A stretch of DNA of 64,000 bases, taken from positions 12,950-76,949 of the forward strand of contig JAUYAM010000005.1 of the NCBI GenBank assembly GCA_030693425.1, written 5' to 3'. Position 1 is the first letter of the stretch. The number at the start of each line of letters is the position of its first letter. The stretch comes from a bacterium (GTDB lineage Bacteria > Patescibacteriota > Minisyncoccia > Minisyncoccales > GWA2-46-15). A program made the position numbers and the translations under genes. The notes under the pieces were generated by a model. The model made no database searches, was not told where the DNA came from, and saw only the letters and a program-made list of their open reading frames with translations. Below are positions 17,700 to 25,788 of this stretch, in pieces.

Positions 17700-18812
17700 A
17701 GGCATTAGCAGATACAGGTAGCTGGAATCTTGCTCCGGCCTTAAAACCGCCGGGTCTTCGTCTTTGCTCAAAGCAAAAATGAAATCTTTTTCTCTGATCT
17801 GATTCAGACCGTCGACTAAGAATCTCCAATTGAAAGAAACTTCCATTTCCTCTCCCTTTTCGATTTTGACTGCCAGAGCGCTAGTTGACTGGCCGACTTC
17901 CGGATTCTGTCCCTCGATCTCAATTTCCTGCTTTTCCGGTTTAACCCTGATTTTTATCTCGTTGATTTTATTGCTGAAAAGGCTGACTGCCTTGAGGCGC
18001 TGAAGGAAAACGTCTTTCTTGACCAAGGCCCTGAAACGGAACTCCGTCGGGATAATCTCTCGATAATCAGGGTACCCTCCTTCGATTAATCTAGAGAAAA
18101 ACTGGATTTTGGGATGGGAGGTTTCCTCCATCAGCATTTCCAGAAGAATCTGATTCGAAGAAAGGTAGAATTTCAAATCGCCGCCTCTGTCTTCAAAAAT
18201 ATTGATTATCTCCCGACAGGCTTTCTGGGGCAGGATGAAAGAGATTTCCTTGCTCATTTTTTCGCCCAGAGAAAGGGTTTTTTCGGCTAAACGGAAACTG
18301 TCGGTTGCCACCATTTTTAGGTTGCTGTCAAGAAACTGGAAATAGACTCCGGATATTTCCGGCTTGATGAGGGAAACTGCTGCCATTTCTACTACCCGAG
18401 ACAGCCCCTCGACAAACTCCGGAGCTTTTAAGGAAAACGTCTCTTTCGAATCCGGCTCGGGAATAATGGGAAACTCTTCCGCGTCCAGTCCGTTGATCTG
18501 GGCTTGGAATTCTTCCGCTTCCAGCAATATTCTTTTCTCCTCTGCTTTTAAGACTATTTTTTCCGCCGAAAGGTTATCGACCAGTCCTTGAAGAATCCTT
18601 AAAGGGCAGGCGATTTTCCCTTCTTTCTCAACTTTGGAAAGAATCCACCATTTTATCCCCATTTCCAGGTCCGTGGCTTTTAAGCAGGTAAAGCTTTTTT
18701 CGCAGGATATTAAAACCGAGTTTAGAATCGGCAGGGAAAGATTTTTTTGAGCGATTCTGCCGACGGCATTGAGGCCTTCTCTTAAATTTTCTCTGAGGAT
18801 GGTCGTCTTCAT
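17688..18812 (-). CDS. dnaN: DNA polymerase III beta sliding clamp
   Basis: 374 aa. Three-domain clamp pattern (MKTTILRENL...LPILNSVLI...ATDLE), located directly downstream of dnaA. Confidence 0.9.
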   Translation of the reverse strand: MKTTILRENLREGLNAVGRIAQKNLSLPILNSVLISCEKSFTCLKATDLEMGIKWWILSKVEKEGKIACPLRILQGLVDNLSAEKIVLKAEEKRILLEAEEFQAQINGLDAEEFPIIPEPDSKETFSLKAPEFVEGLSRVVEMAAVSLIKPEISGVYFQFLDSNLKMVATDSFRLAEKTLSLGEKMSKEISFILPQKACREIINIFEDRGGDLKFYLSSNQILLEMLMEETSHPKIQFFSRLIEGGYPDYREIIPTEFRFRALVKKDVFLQRLKAVSLFSNKINEIKIRVKPEKQEIEIEGQNPEVGQSTSALAVKIEKGEEMEVSFNWRFLVDGLNQIREKDFIFALSKDEDPAVLRPEQDSSYLYLLMPLRV

Positions 18813-19017
18813 AGTATTTAGTAAATTACTTAATATATACTTGTTGTTGTTGTTGGCAGTCTTTGATCCGTCGGATTTTCCTGTAAAACAGCTTTTAATA
18901 AAATGTTATTTCTTTTGGCAAAAAGGCGGGCAAAACTGTGAAAAAGGTGTTCTTTAAAATTTGTTCAGTTTCCAAAGCCTTTTATTTGGGTCTAGATTTC
19001 ATCAGGTTTCCCCGCCC

Positions 19018-19026
19018 TTTTCCACA
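19018..19026 (+). promoter_or_regulatory. DnaA-box-like site TTTTCCACA
   Basis: One mismatch to TTATCCACA. Lies in the dnaN-dnaA intergenic region. Confidence 0.4.
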
Positions 19027-19053
19027 GGATTTTGACAGTTTTTGCCAAGGGGA

Positions 19054-20406
19054 TCACAAGCCGTAGAGTTTTTTTCTAATCAGGCTGATTTCTTCCAAAA
19101 AATCCTCATCCCTTTCGATTTCTCCCTTGATTTTCTTAAAAGCGTGGATAGCGGTGGTGTGGTCTTTGCCCTTGAACATTCTGCCGATGGCCGGAAAAGA
19201 ATATTTCAACTCCTCCCTCAAGAAGAACATTATTATCTGCCGCGGTTTCACTATCTCCTTTTTTCTAGTGACGTCGAAAACTTCCTTTTCTCTCAGATCG
19301 TAAAAATCGCTGACCGTTTGGACGATTTTTTTCGGAGAAGAGATTCTCGGAAGGTTGACCGTAAAACTCCCGAGCACCTCTTTTGCCACCTCGATAGTCA
19401 GAGGTTTTCCGTAAATCTTTTGATGGGTTGCCAAGCGGTTCAAAGCTCCTTCCAGCTCGCGGATGTTTTTCTGGATATTGCTGGCGATATAATTTAAAAT
19501 GTCTTCGTTAAACTCGATTTTCTTTTCCGAGGCCTTGGTTTTCAAAATGGCGATTCTCGTTTCCAGGTCCGGCAGGCTAATGTCGGCGATCATTCCCCCT
19601 TCGAAACGGGACCTCAGTCTTTCGGCGAGGGAAGAAATGGCTTTTGGCGGGCGGTCGGAGGAAAGAACGATTTGCTTGTCTTTTTCGTAGAGAGCGTTGA
19701 AGAGATGGAAAAACTCTTCTTGGGTTTTTTCTTTCCCAGCCAGAAACTGGACGTCGTCGACAATCAACAAATCGATCCTCTGGAATTTTTGCTTTAATGA
19801 TTCGATCTGGTGGTTTCTGATAGCCCCGACGATTTCCGAGGTGAATCTTTCTGCGGGCAGATATTTGATGTTTTTCTTGCCATGAGTTTTATTGACTTCG
19901 TTGCCGATTGCCTGCAAAAGATGAGTTTTGCCCAAACCCACTCCGCCGTAGACGAACAAAGGATTGTAGGCGCGCCCGGGGTCTTTGACGATCGCCGTTG
20001 CCGCGGCGTGAGCCAGCTCGTTAAAAGAGCCGACGATAAAGTTTTCAAAAAGATAACGGGGATTGAGATTGGTTTCCCTGTCTACTTTCAACTCCTGAAA
20101 ATCGAGTTGTTCTGCGGCGACGGCTTGATTGGTTTTCTTTTCCAGAGGCGTCGGCGGCGAGGAATAGCCGACGATGTATTTTATTTCCCTCAAACCGTTG
20201 TCCTGATCGTTGATGATTTTGGCAATCAGTTTGTGGTATTTGTTTTTCAGCCATTCCCTAGAGAAAGAGTTGGGAACGGAAATAGTCACCTCTCCGTTTC
20301 CGTGGGAAATAATTGAGGTTTGCCTGAACCAGGTGGCGAAATTCGCCGGGGAGATGACTAGTTGAATTTGGGCAAGGACAGTTTGCCAGAGTTCTTCGTT
20401 CGTCAT
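19054..20406 (-). CDS. dnaA: chromosomal replication initiator DnaA
   Basis: 450 aa. AAA+ Walker A GGVGLGKTHL, Walker B LLIVDDVQF, C-terminal DNA-binding motif (HTTAIHA). Confidence 0.97.
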   Translation of the reverse strand: MTNEELWQTVLAQIQLVISPANFATWFRQTSIISHGNGEVTISVPNSFSREWLKNKYHKLIAKIINDQDNGLREIKYIVGYSSPPTPLEKKTNQAVAAEQLDFQELKVDRETNLNPRYLFENFIVGSFNELAHAAATAIVKDPGRAYNPLFVYGGVGLGKTHLLQAIGNEVNKTHGKKNIKYLPAERFTSEIVGAIRNHQIESLKQKFQRIDLLIVDDVQFLAGKEKTQEEFFHLFNALYEKDKQIVLSSDRPPKAISSLAERLRSRFEGGMIADISLPDLETRIAILKTKASEKKIEFNEDILNYIASNIQKNIRELEGALNRLATHQKIYGKPLTIEVAKEVLGSFTVNLPRISSPKKIVQTVSDFYDLREKEVFDVTRKKEIVKPRQIIMFFLREELKYSFPAIGRMFKGKDHTTAIHAFKKIKGEIERDEDFLEEISLIRKKLYGL

Positions 20407-20456
20407 ACGAATTCTACGAATTACGAATTTATACGAATATACCTTTTCGTAAATTA
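20405..20456. repeat. TTCGTA/ACGAAT word array abutting the dnaA start codon
   Basis: Sequence atacgaattctacgaattacgaatttatacgaatat...ttcgtaaatt. A related array lies at 30091-30120 in front of the virB4-like gene. Confidence 0.85.
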
Positions 20457-20521
20457 TAGAGATATGTTTTGAGATGATCTATTATATCTTTTGGCAAGCA
20501 AAAACGCAAAAAGAGATTAAG

Positions 20522-20552
20522 TTTTCCACATCCATTGATAAACTGTGGATAA
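20522..20552. promoter_or_regulatory. convergent pair of DnaA boxes
   Basis: TTTTCCACA (20522-20530) and TGTGGATAA (20544-20552). The second is the perfect reverse complement of TTATCCACA. Confidence 0.65.
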
Positions 20553-20626
20553 AGGGTGGAACAACAGAGAACAAACTTAGTCATATATTATCGCAATCTG
20601 CGCGTCTCGTTGGTATTTTACCAAAT

Positions 20627-20646
20627 TTACACGATCGTGGATTTTT
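20627..20646. repeat. CACGATCGTGG palindrome family, copy P1
   Basis: ttaCACGATCGTGGattttt with a central CGATCG. Related copies at 20697, 43292 and 43917. Confidence 0.8.
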
Positions 20647-20696
20647 CGTAAGCTTTTGTTCAGGAAATATCGTTTTCAAATGAGACTTTACGAATT

Positions 20697-20716
20697 TTAC
20701 ACGATCGTAGATTTTT
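20697..20716. repeat. CACGATCGTGG palindrome family, copy P2 (1 mismatch)
   Basis: ttaCACGATCGTAGattttt, 70 bp after P1 with the same flanks. Confidence 0.75.
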
Positions 20717-20921
20717 GGCAATCTTCCTGATCCTAAATTTTCTATGTCACAGGCACATTAGTTTTACTACAATTTCCCGTCTCGCAAGTCGTGCACGTCT
20801 TTTTTTAAACGATTTAACCACCTCTTCTGTGATCAGATTTTAGATGATTTAATACGGAGAGTTGTTTTGCGGAGTAAAACCTGCTAGACTGATTGATGAA
20901 ACTTTGTTATTAATTTTCGCC

Positions 20922-21056
20922 ATGTCCATTACCTACAAGCCAAAGAGAAAAAAGAGAAAAAGAACCCACGGTTTTTTGATAAGAAGCAGAACCGTCGGCG
21001 GGAGAAGAATTCTTGCCCGCCGGCGCCGGAAGAAAAGAACTAAACTCACCGTCTAA
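20922..21056 (+). CDS. rpmH: 50S ribosomal protein L34
   Basis: 44 aa: [44 protein letters not shown]. Start taken at the internal ATG of ORF 20862..21056. Confidence 0.9.
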   Translation: MSITYKPKRKKRKRTHGFLIRSRTVGGRRILARRRRKKRTKLTV

Positions 21057-21058
21057 AA

Positions 21059-21421
21059 ATGCTTCCTAGACTCTACCGCCTTAAAAAAGAAAGCGATTTC
21101 GATCGCCTCTTTAAAAAAGGGATGGTTAAAAGCGGCGAGTTTTTGACCATCAGGTTTATTGACAACGGCCGGGGAACCAGCCGTTTCGGATTCGTAGTCG
21201 GTAGTAAAAGTTTCAAAAAAGCCAGCTTGAGAAACAAGCTCAAGAGAAAGCTGAGAGAGGCGGTCAAGGGAAATCTAGCCCTTATTGAACCCGGAAAAGA
21301 CGTGGCTTTTGCCGCAAAAACCGGCGCAATCGACAAAAGCGTCAAAGAGACAGGAGAACATATCTTTTCTCTTTTAAATCAGGCAGGTCTCATTAAAAAA
21401 CAACAGACCCCGCAGCAATGA
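21059..21421 (+). CDS. rnpA: ribonuclease P protein component
   Basis: 120-aa basic protein directly after rpmH. Contains the RNR-like motif (SLRNKLKRKLRE). Confidence 0.85.
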   Translation: MLPRLYRLKKESDFDRLFKKGMVKSGEFLTIRFIDNGRGTSRFGFVVGSKSFKKASLRNKLKRKLREAVKGNLALIEPGKDVAFAAKTGAIDKSVKETGEHIFSLLNQAGLIKKQQTPQQ

Positions 21422-22161
21422 GTTCTAATATTCTTGGCCAGTTTTTCCAAGTTTTTTTATACCAGCCGCTTTTCAACGCCCTGATCCTTATCTACAACCT
21501 GCTGCCCGGGCACGATTTGGGCGTGGCTGTAATTATCCTCACCGCGGTCATCAAGGGCCTGACCTGGCCCTTGAACACCAAGGCATTCAGGGCCCAGCAG
21601 GCGATGGCCAAAGTCCAGCCCCGGATCAAAGAAGCCCAGCAAAAATACAAAAACAATCCCGGAGAGCAGGCAAAAGTGGTTTCAGAAATATTCAAAAAGG
21701 AAAAAGTCAGCCCTTTCAGCTCGCTGGTTCCGATTCTGATTCAACTGCCGGTTTTGATCGCCTTGTACCAGCTTTTCTTAAAAGGCCTTTGGGCGGAAAA
21801 CAACTATCTTTACAGTTTTGTCTCTAGGCCCGGGGCTTTGAGCCCGACGTTTTTAGGAATTATCAATCTTTCTCAACCGAGTTTTTTATTGGCCGTCTTG
21901 GCGGGTTTGGCCCAATTAGTTCAATCCTTAATGATGCCGAACCCAGCCGGCCAAGCCGGCAATTCCGATCCCGGGCAGAAAATGGCGCAAATGATGCAAA
22001 AACAAATGACGTTTTTATTTCCGATACTGACGGTTTTCATCTTGGCCAAGCTGCCGTCGGTCCTCGGGCTTTACTGGCTGGCAACATCAGTTTTCACGAT
22101 TTTGCAGCAATATATTTTAAACAAAAAACATGATTTCAAGGGAACAACGGGAAACAATTAA
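21418..22161 (+). CDS. yidC: membrane protein insertase YidC (short form)
   Basis: 247 aa, polytopic. Motifs PLFNAL..., QPRIKEAQQKYKNNP, LYWLATSVFTILQQ. ATGA overlap with rnpA. Confidence 0.9.
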   Translation: MSSNILGQFFQVFLYQPLFNALILIYNLLPGHDLGVAVIILTAVIKGLTWPLNTKAFRAQQAMAKVQPRIKEAQQKYKNNPGEQAKVVSEIFKKEKVSPFSSLVPILIQLPVLIALYQLFLKGLWAENNYLYSFVSRPGALSPTFLGIINLSQPSFLLAVLAGLAQLVQSLMMPNPAGQAGNSDPGQKMAQMMQKQMTFLFPILTVFILAKLPSVLGLYWLATSVFTILQQYILNKKHDFKGTTGNN

Positions 22162-22588
22162 AGAGATTATCAGGAATTTCTTTGATAAGGCGACAATCGA
22201 GGTTGAAATCAAAGAGGAAACGGTCGATGAAGACACTTTTAGGATCAATCTGGAGACTGAGTCTCCCCAGCTGCTGATCGGAGAAGGCGGGCAGACTTTG
22301 AGCGAAATCCAGCATCTCTTAAGGCTGATTTGTCGAAAAAAGATCGGCCCCGGTTTTTACTTGGACATCGATGTCAGTAATTACAAGAAGAAAAAAGCGG
22401 TCTATTTGGAGGAATTAGCCAAGACCGCTGCCGACGAAGTCGCTTTGACCAAAAAAGATAGAGAACTTTTGCCGATGTCTTCGCAAGACAGAAGAATCAT
22501 TCATCTAGTTCTCAGTCAGAGGGCAGATGTTATTGCCGAAAGCAAGGGCGAGGATCCGGACAGAAGAGTGATTATCAGGCCGGCCTAG
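22130..22588 (+). CDS. jag: Jag/KhpB-like KH + R3H RNA-binding protein
   Basis: 152 aa. KH-like LLIGEGGQTLSEIQHL and R3H-like MSSQDRRIIHLVL, in the canonical position after yidC. Confidence 0.8.
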   Translation: MISREQRETIKEIIRNFFDKATIEVEIKEETVDEDTFRINLETESPQLLIGEGGQTLSEIQHLLRLICRKKIGPGFYLDIDVSNYKKKKAVYLEELAKTAADEVALTKKDRELLPMSSQDRRIIHLVLSQRADVIAESKGEDPDRRVIIRPA

Positions 22589-23889
22589 GGCAATGTCGGG
22601 TAAACTATGAAGGAAGAGGCGCAGGGCCTGAGACAGGGAGCGCACCATCCCAAAGCAGGAATGCAAGGGCAGGGCCAGGGCGCGATGGCGCTACACCTGC
22701 CTATAGGATTATCGATCAGGTTGCTATCACTTCTGGTGAAGGTTTCGCAGCCGCCCTCAAAATCTTCGTCTCTGAAAAGAATGACAATATAGTTTCCGTT
22801 CATCTCGATACTGTTAATCATATTATCAAAATCCAAGCTGTCCACTTCGCTAACCTCTATGTCTCGGTAAATGCTTCCGAGAGAGTTTCCGTCTTTGTCG
22901 TAAAACTTGACTCCGTCTGTAGTTGAACTCGCCGGCCGGGTCCTGTCTCCTTTAAATACGGTAATAGACGATGTCTGCCTTAGGCCAATGTATTTGGCGT
23001 CTAAATTGCTCACGCTTGAGAGAATCACGCTGCATCTGCCTAGAAGATTCTCGTCTGAGTGGAGAACTGCGGCAAAGCCTTTTCCGGCTTTTCCGAATTT
23101 GGCAGCGCTGTTCTTCAATTTTACTGATTCGGCCTCATCATTAAAATCAGGCATGCTTCCTTGGGATGATATATAAAGCCTGTAGCTGTCCTCATAGTCA
23201 ATGTCTTTAAAAAGGTAGACCCCGGGCAATTTCCATTGAATGCTGATTGACCTGGCCGGACCGCCCAAACTCAAGGCGATGGTGTCGTCGTTATTGCCTT
23301 CGACTTCCTCCCAGGCGCCGGTGTCGTCGTAATTAGGCTTTAGATAAGCTCTGATATCAACCTCGTCAGAGTTAGTGCCAATGAACTGAACGCTGATCGC
23401 TCCCCCTTCAAAGAGCAGGAGATCGGCAACGCTCGTCTTGAGATTTGTGTTTCCGCCGATGCCATTATAGATTTTTATGGCTCTGTCGATTTTGATCCCA
23501 GACGGATTCATAATCGTCAGTTTGGGGTTAATAGTGTTGAGAAGAAGGTAAGAAGAAAGGAGAATAATCGCCCCCAAAAAAGAGGACATCATCCTGTCTA
23601 AGCTGTCTTTAAGGGCGGCGGGGTTGCCCATGGATGTCAGATAGCTGAATCCGGCAAAAAGCATTGATCCGAAGACAATTACTCCGGCCGACACCAAAGC
23701 AAAAACAAAAACATATCTGAAATAAACGGGCAGAAGGGTAGTTGTCGTCGTTGGGATGTCGGTCGACGGCATGGCCGGATAGGCTGTTTCGAGCTTTCTC
23801 CCTGAGGCCTGACCGGCTAGCAGCAGAGCCGTAAGCATTATTAAGAAAGCCGAGACTGTAACGATTTTTCTCATTGTTTTTGTGGTCAT
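22585..23889 (-). CDS. pilin-like two-TM module fused to a large Cys-terminated extracellular domain
   Basis: 434 aa. Signal/TM, YPAMP, hydrophobic hairpin ...VIVFGSMLFAGFSYLTSMGNP...LLSSYLLLNTINPKL, then ~300 aa beta-rich (possible beta/gamma-crystallin-like repeat YIVILFRDEDFEGGCETF). The C-terminus is CxC-rich. Confidence 0.6.
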   Translation of the reverse strand: MTTKTMRKIVTVSAFLIMLTALLLAGQASGRKLETAYPAMPSTDIPTTTTTLLPVYFRYVFVFALVSAGVIVFGSMLFAGFSYLTSMGNPAALKDSLDRMMSSFLGAIILLSSYLLLNTINPKLTIMNPSGIKIDRAIKIYNGIGGNTNLKTSVADLLLFEGGAISVQFIGTNSDEVDIRAYLKPNYDDTGAWEEVEGNNDDTIALSLGGPARSISIQWKLPGVYLFKDIDYEDSYRLYISSQGSMPDFNDEAESVKLKNSAAKFGKAGKGFAAVLHSDENLLGRCSVILSSVSNLDAKYIGLRQTSSITVFKGDRTRPASSTTDGVKFYDKDGNSLGSIYRDIEVSEVDSLDFDNMINSIEMNGNYIVILFRDEDFEGGCETFTRSDSNLIDNPIGRCSAIAPWPCPCIPALGWCAPCLRPCASSFIVYPTLP

Positions 23890-23892
23890 GTT

Positions 23893-24972
23893 TTACTGGC
23901 AGCAAAAGTAATTATTTGGATAACATTTTTCAATAGCTTCGCCCATTATTTCCTGGCAGGGCAAAAGTATTTTTCCGGTTTTTCCCTGCAGCAATTCTAA
24001 TTCTAGTTCAAATTTTGAGGTTCGGCAATCGCGCACATTGTCTATGCTTTTTTCGAGGAGATCGGCCAAGATTTCAGGCTCCGGCTTGCCGCCAATCAGG
24101 CAGAGGAGTTTTAAAATAGGGACGTCGCAAATAGTCCAGGAAGCGTCTTTGACCAAAAGCGGCATTTCCGGATAGCCGGTAATCCTTTTTTCGAGAATGT
24201 CGACGAGTCTTTGAAAAGCTCCGACAATAATGCCGTGGCTGCTGGAAATCAACTGATTGGCGCTATCTATTGCCGCAAACGGGCAGGCGTCGCCTGTGCA
24301 ATCTTCCTCGTCGCAGACCTCTCTTGGACATTGATCAGGTTCTTCCGGGTAGCAGGTTGTCCCGTCGGGGCAAGTTCCTGTTGGCGGGCCCCAAAAAGCG
24401 CCGTAAGGCGGATTAGATGTATTCCAAATACAATTACCAATGCCGCCAGCTGGAGCATAGTTAACCCAGCAATTCCTTGGCCCGTCAGCATTGTATTGAC
24501 AGAGGGGTAGGCTGGAAGTCATGCTCGTATTGCACCAAGCCAGACACTGTGCCCAGTTCGAAACATCATAAGAAACAGTCAAAGCAATGCCGCCATGATT
24601 GCTGCACCAAGAATCGGTTGGCGGAAATGGCGTACAGGTATCATATTCAGTACGAGGGTCGCAGTCAGAATCGCAGTTTTCCGTCTTGCACTGCGTGCTT
24701 AATGTAACCAGTATTTTCCCGGCCCTGTATTCTTGATTTGCCGCCAGAATCATGTTTTTAAGTTCGGTCAGAATTTTATTGGCAGTATAGACCGACTGGT
24801 CGCACAACTGGCCGACAGGCACTTCTTTTTCTGCCGGGCAGGCGAGAGGCTTTTCCTGATCCTTATATTGGGGCGGGGTTTCTCCTCGGACGTAATTATC
24901 AACAAAAACTAAACCGCAAAATAAAGCGATGAGAGAGATTATAAGGATTTTTTTTCTATGGATCAAAGGCAT
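23893..24972 (-). CDS. secreted cysteine-rich protein
   Basis: 359 aa. N-terminal signal/TM and many cysteines in clusters (CKTENCDSDCD, CDEEDCTGDAC, C-terminal FCCQ). No family recognised. Confidence 0.55.
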   Translation of the reverse strand: MPLIHRKKILIISLIALFCGLVFVDNYVRGETPPQYKDQEKPLACPAEKEVPVGQLCDQSVYTANKILTELKNMILAANQEYRAGKILVTLSTQCKTENCDSDCDPRTEYDTCTPFPPTDSWCSNHGGIALTVSYDVSNWAQCLAWCNTSMTSSLPLCQYNADGPRNCWVNYAPAGGIGNCIWNTSNPPYGAFWGPPTGTCPDGTTCYPEEPDQCPREVCDEEDCTGDACPFAAIDSANQLISSSHGIIVGAFQRLVDILEKRITGYPEMPLLVKDASWTICDVPILKLLCLIGGKPEPEILADLLEKSIDNVRDCRTSKFELELELLQGKTGKILLPCQEIMGEAIEKCYPNNYFCCQ

Positions 24973-24999
24973 TGGGAGCCATTTAGTTTAAGGTTTTGT

Positions 25000-25776
25000 C
25001 TAGGGGTTACAGGCCAGTTGGTCGGCGGGAGCTGTGCAATAAACAGGACTGCCCTCGCTGTAATTGTAGGCTGGCGGCGGGAGATAACAGAGAGGATTGA
25101 CTGTGTGTGATAACAGGATGACGCTGTAGGGAATCTCAGGCGTTAATAAGAGCGCAAAATGAAGATGGGCGTGCGCTCCGCCGCCGGCTCCGGAATTACC
25201 CATGCCGCCAATTAGCGTTTGACCAGGAATGTCAGCTCCTGGTGCCGCCGTAGAAATTTCGCTAGAGATGGAATCTAAGTGGGCATAGAAACTGGCGAGC
25301 TTTGTGTTATCCGGCAACGTATGTTCAATCTCTACCCAATCGCCATAATTAGTTTCATAGCCGGTGCCTACTAACTTGCCAGGCCCTATGCTATAAATCG
25401 GGGCCCCGGTTGGATTTCCGTGAAGTCCGTAATCAACGCCGTCGTGGCAGTATGTAGCCGTTCGTTGGATTGCCCACTTGCTTGTCAGGACAGCATTATT
25501 CATCGGCAGACTAAAGAAACCTATCGGCGGAGGAGGCGGTCCCGGCGGTATTGGGCTGGAGCCATCGTCAAGGAGAGACGTGTACAGCTGGCTGGCGCCC
25601 ATGGCAAAATCGGCTAAGGCATTGACAATGTAGTCTTCTTCTAATTGGACGTAAAAAGTCAGCGGATCCCGACTTTCTTCAGCAACGGTATTCTTTACCC
25701 GGACCTGCGTGGCCATGACAAGGACCAAACCGCCCAAGATAAAGATGATTTTTATTGTTTTCAGAAATCTGTTCAT
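25000..25776 (-). CDS. secreted M23-family metallopeptidase
   Basis: 258 aa. Signal peptide; HDGVDYG (HxxxD); FYAHLDS; GNSG..AHAHLHFAL (HxH). Confidence 0.8.
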   Translation of the reverse strand: MNRFLKTIKIIFILGGLVLVMATQVRVKNTVAEESRDPLTFYVQLEEDYIVNALADFAMGASQLYTSLLDDGSSPIPPGPPPPPIGFFSLPMNNAVLTSKWAIQRTATYCHDGVDYGLHGNPTGAPIYSIGPGKLVGTGYETNYGDWVEIEHTLPDNTKLASFYAHLDSISSEISTAAPGADIPGQTLIGGMGNSGAGGGAHAHLHFALLLTPEIPYSVILLSHTVNPLCYLPPPAYNYSEGSPVYCTAPADQLACNP

Positions 25777-25788
25777 GTCTGCGCCGCG

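Larger units (their letters stand above)
20407..20921. promoter_or_regulatory. candidate oriC (dnaA-rpmH intergenic region)
   Basis: 515-bp AT-rich gap between divergent dnaA and rpmH. It carries a perfect DnaA box and a 1-mismatch box. Confidence 0.6.
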
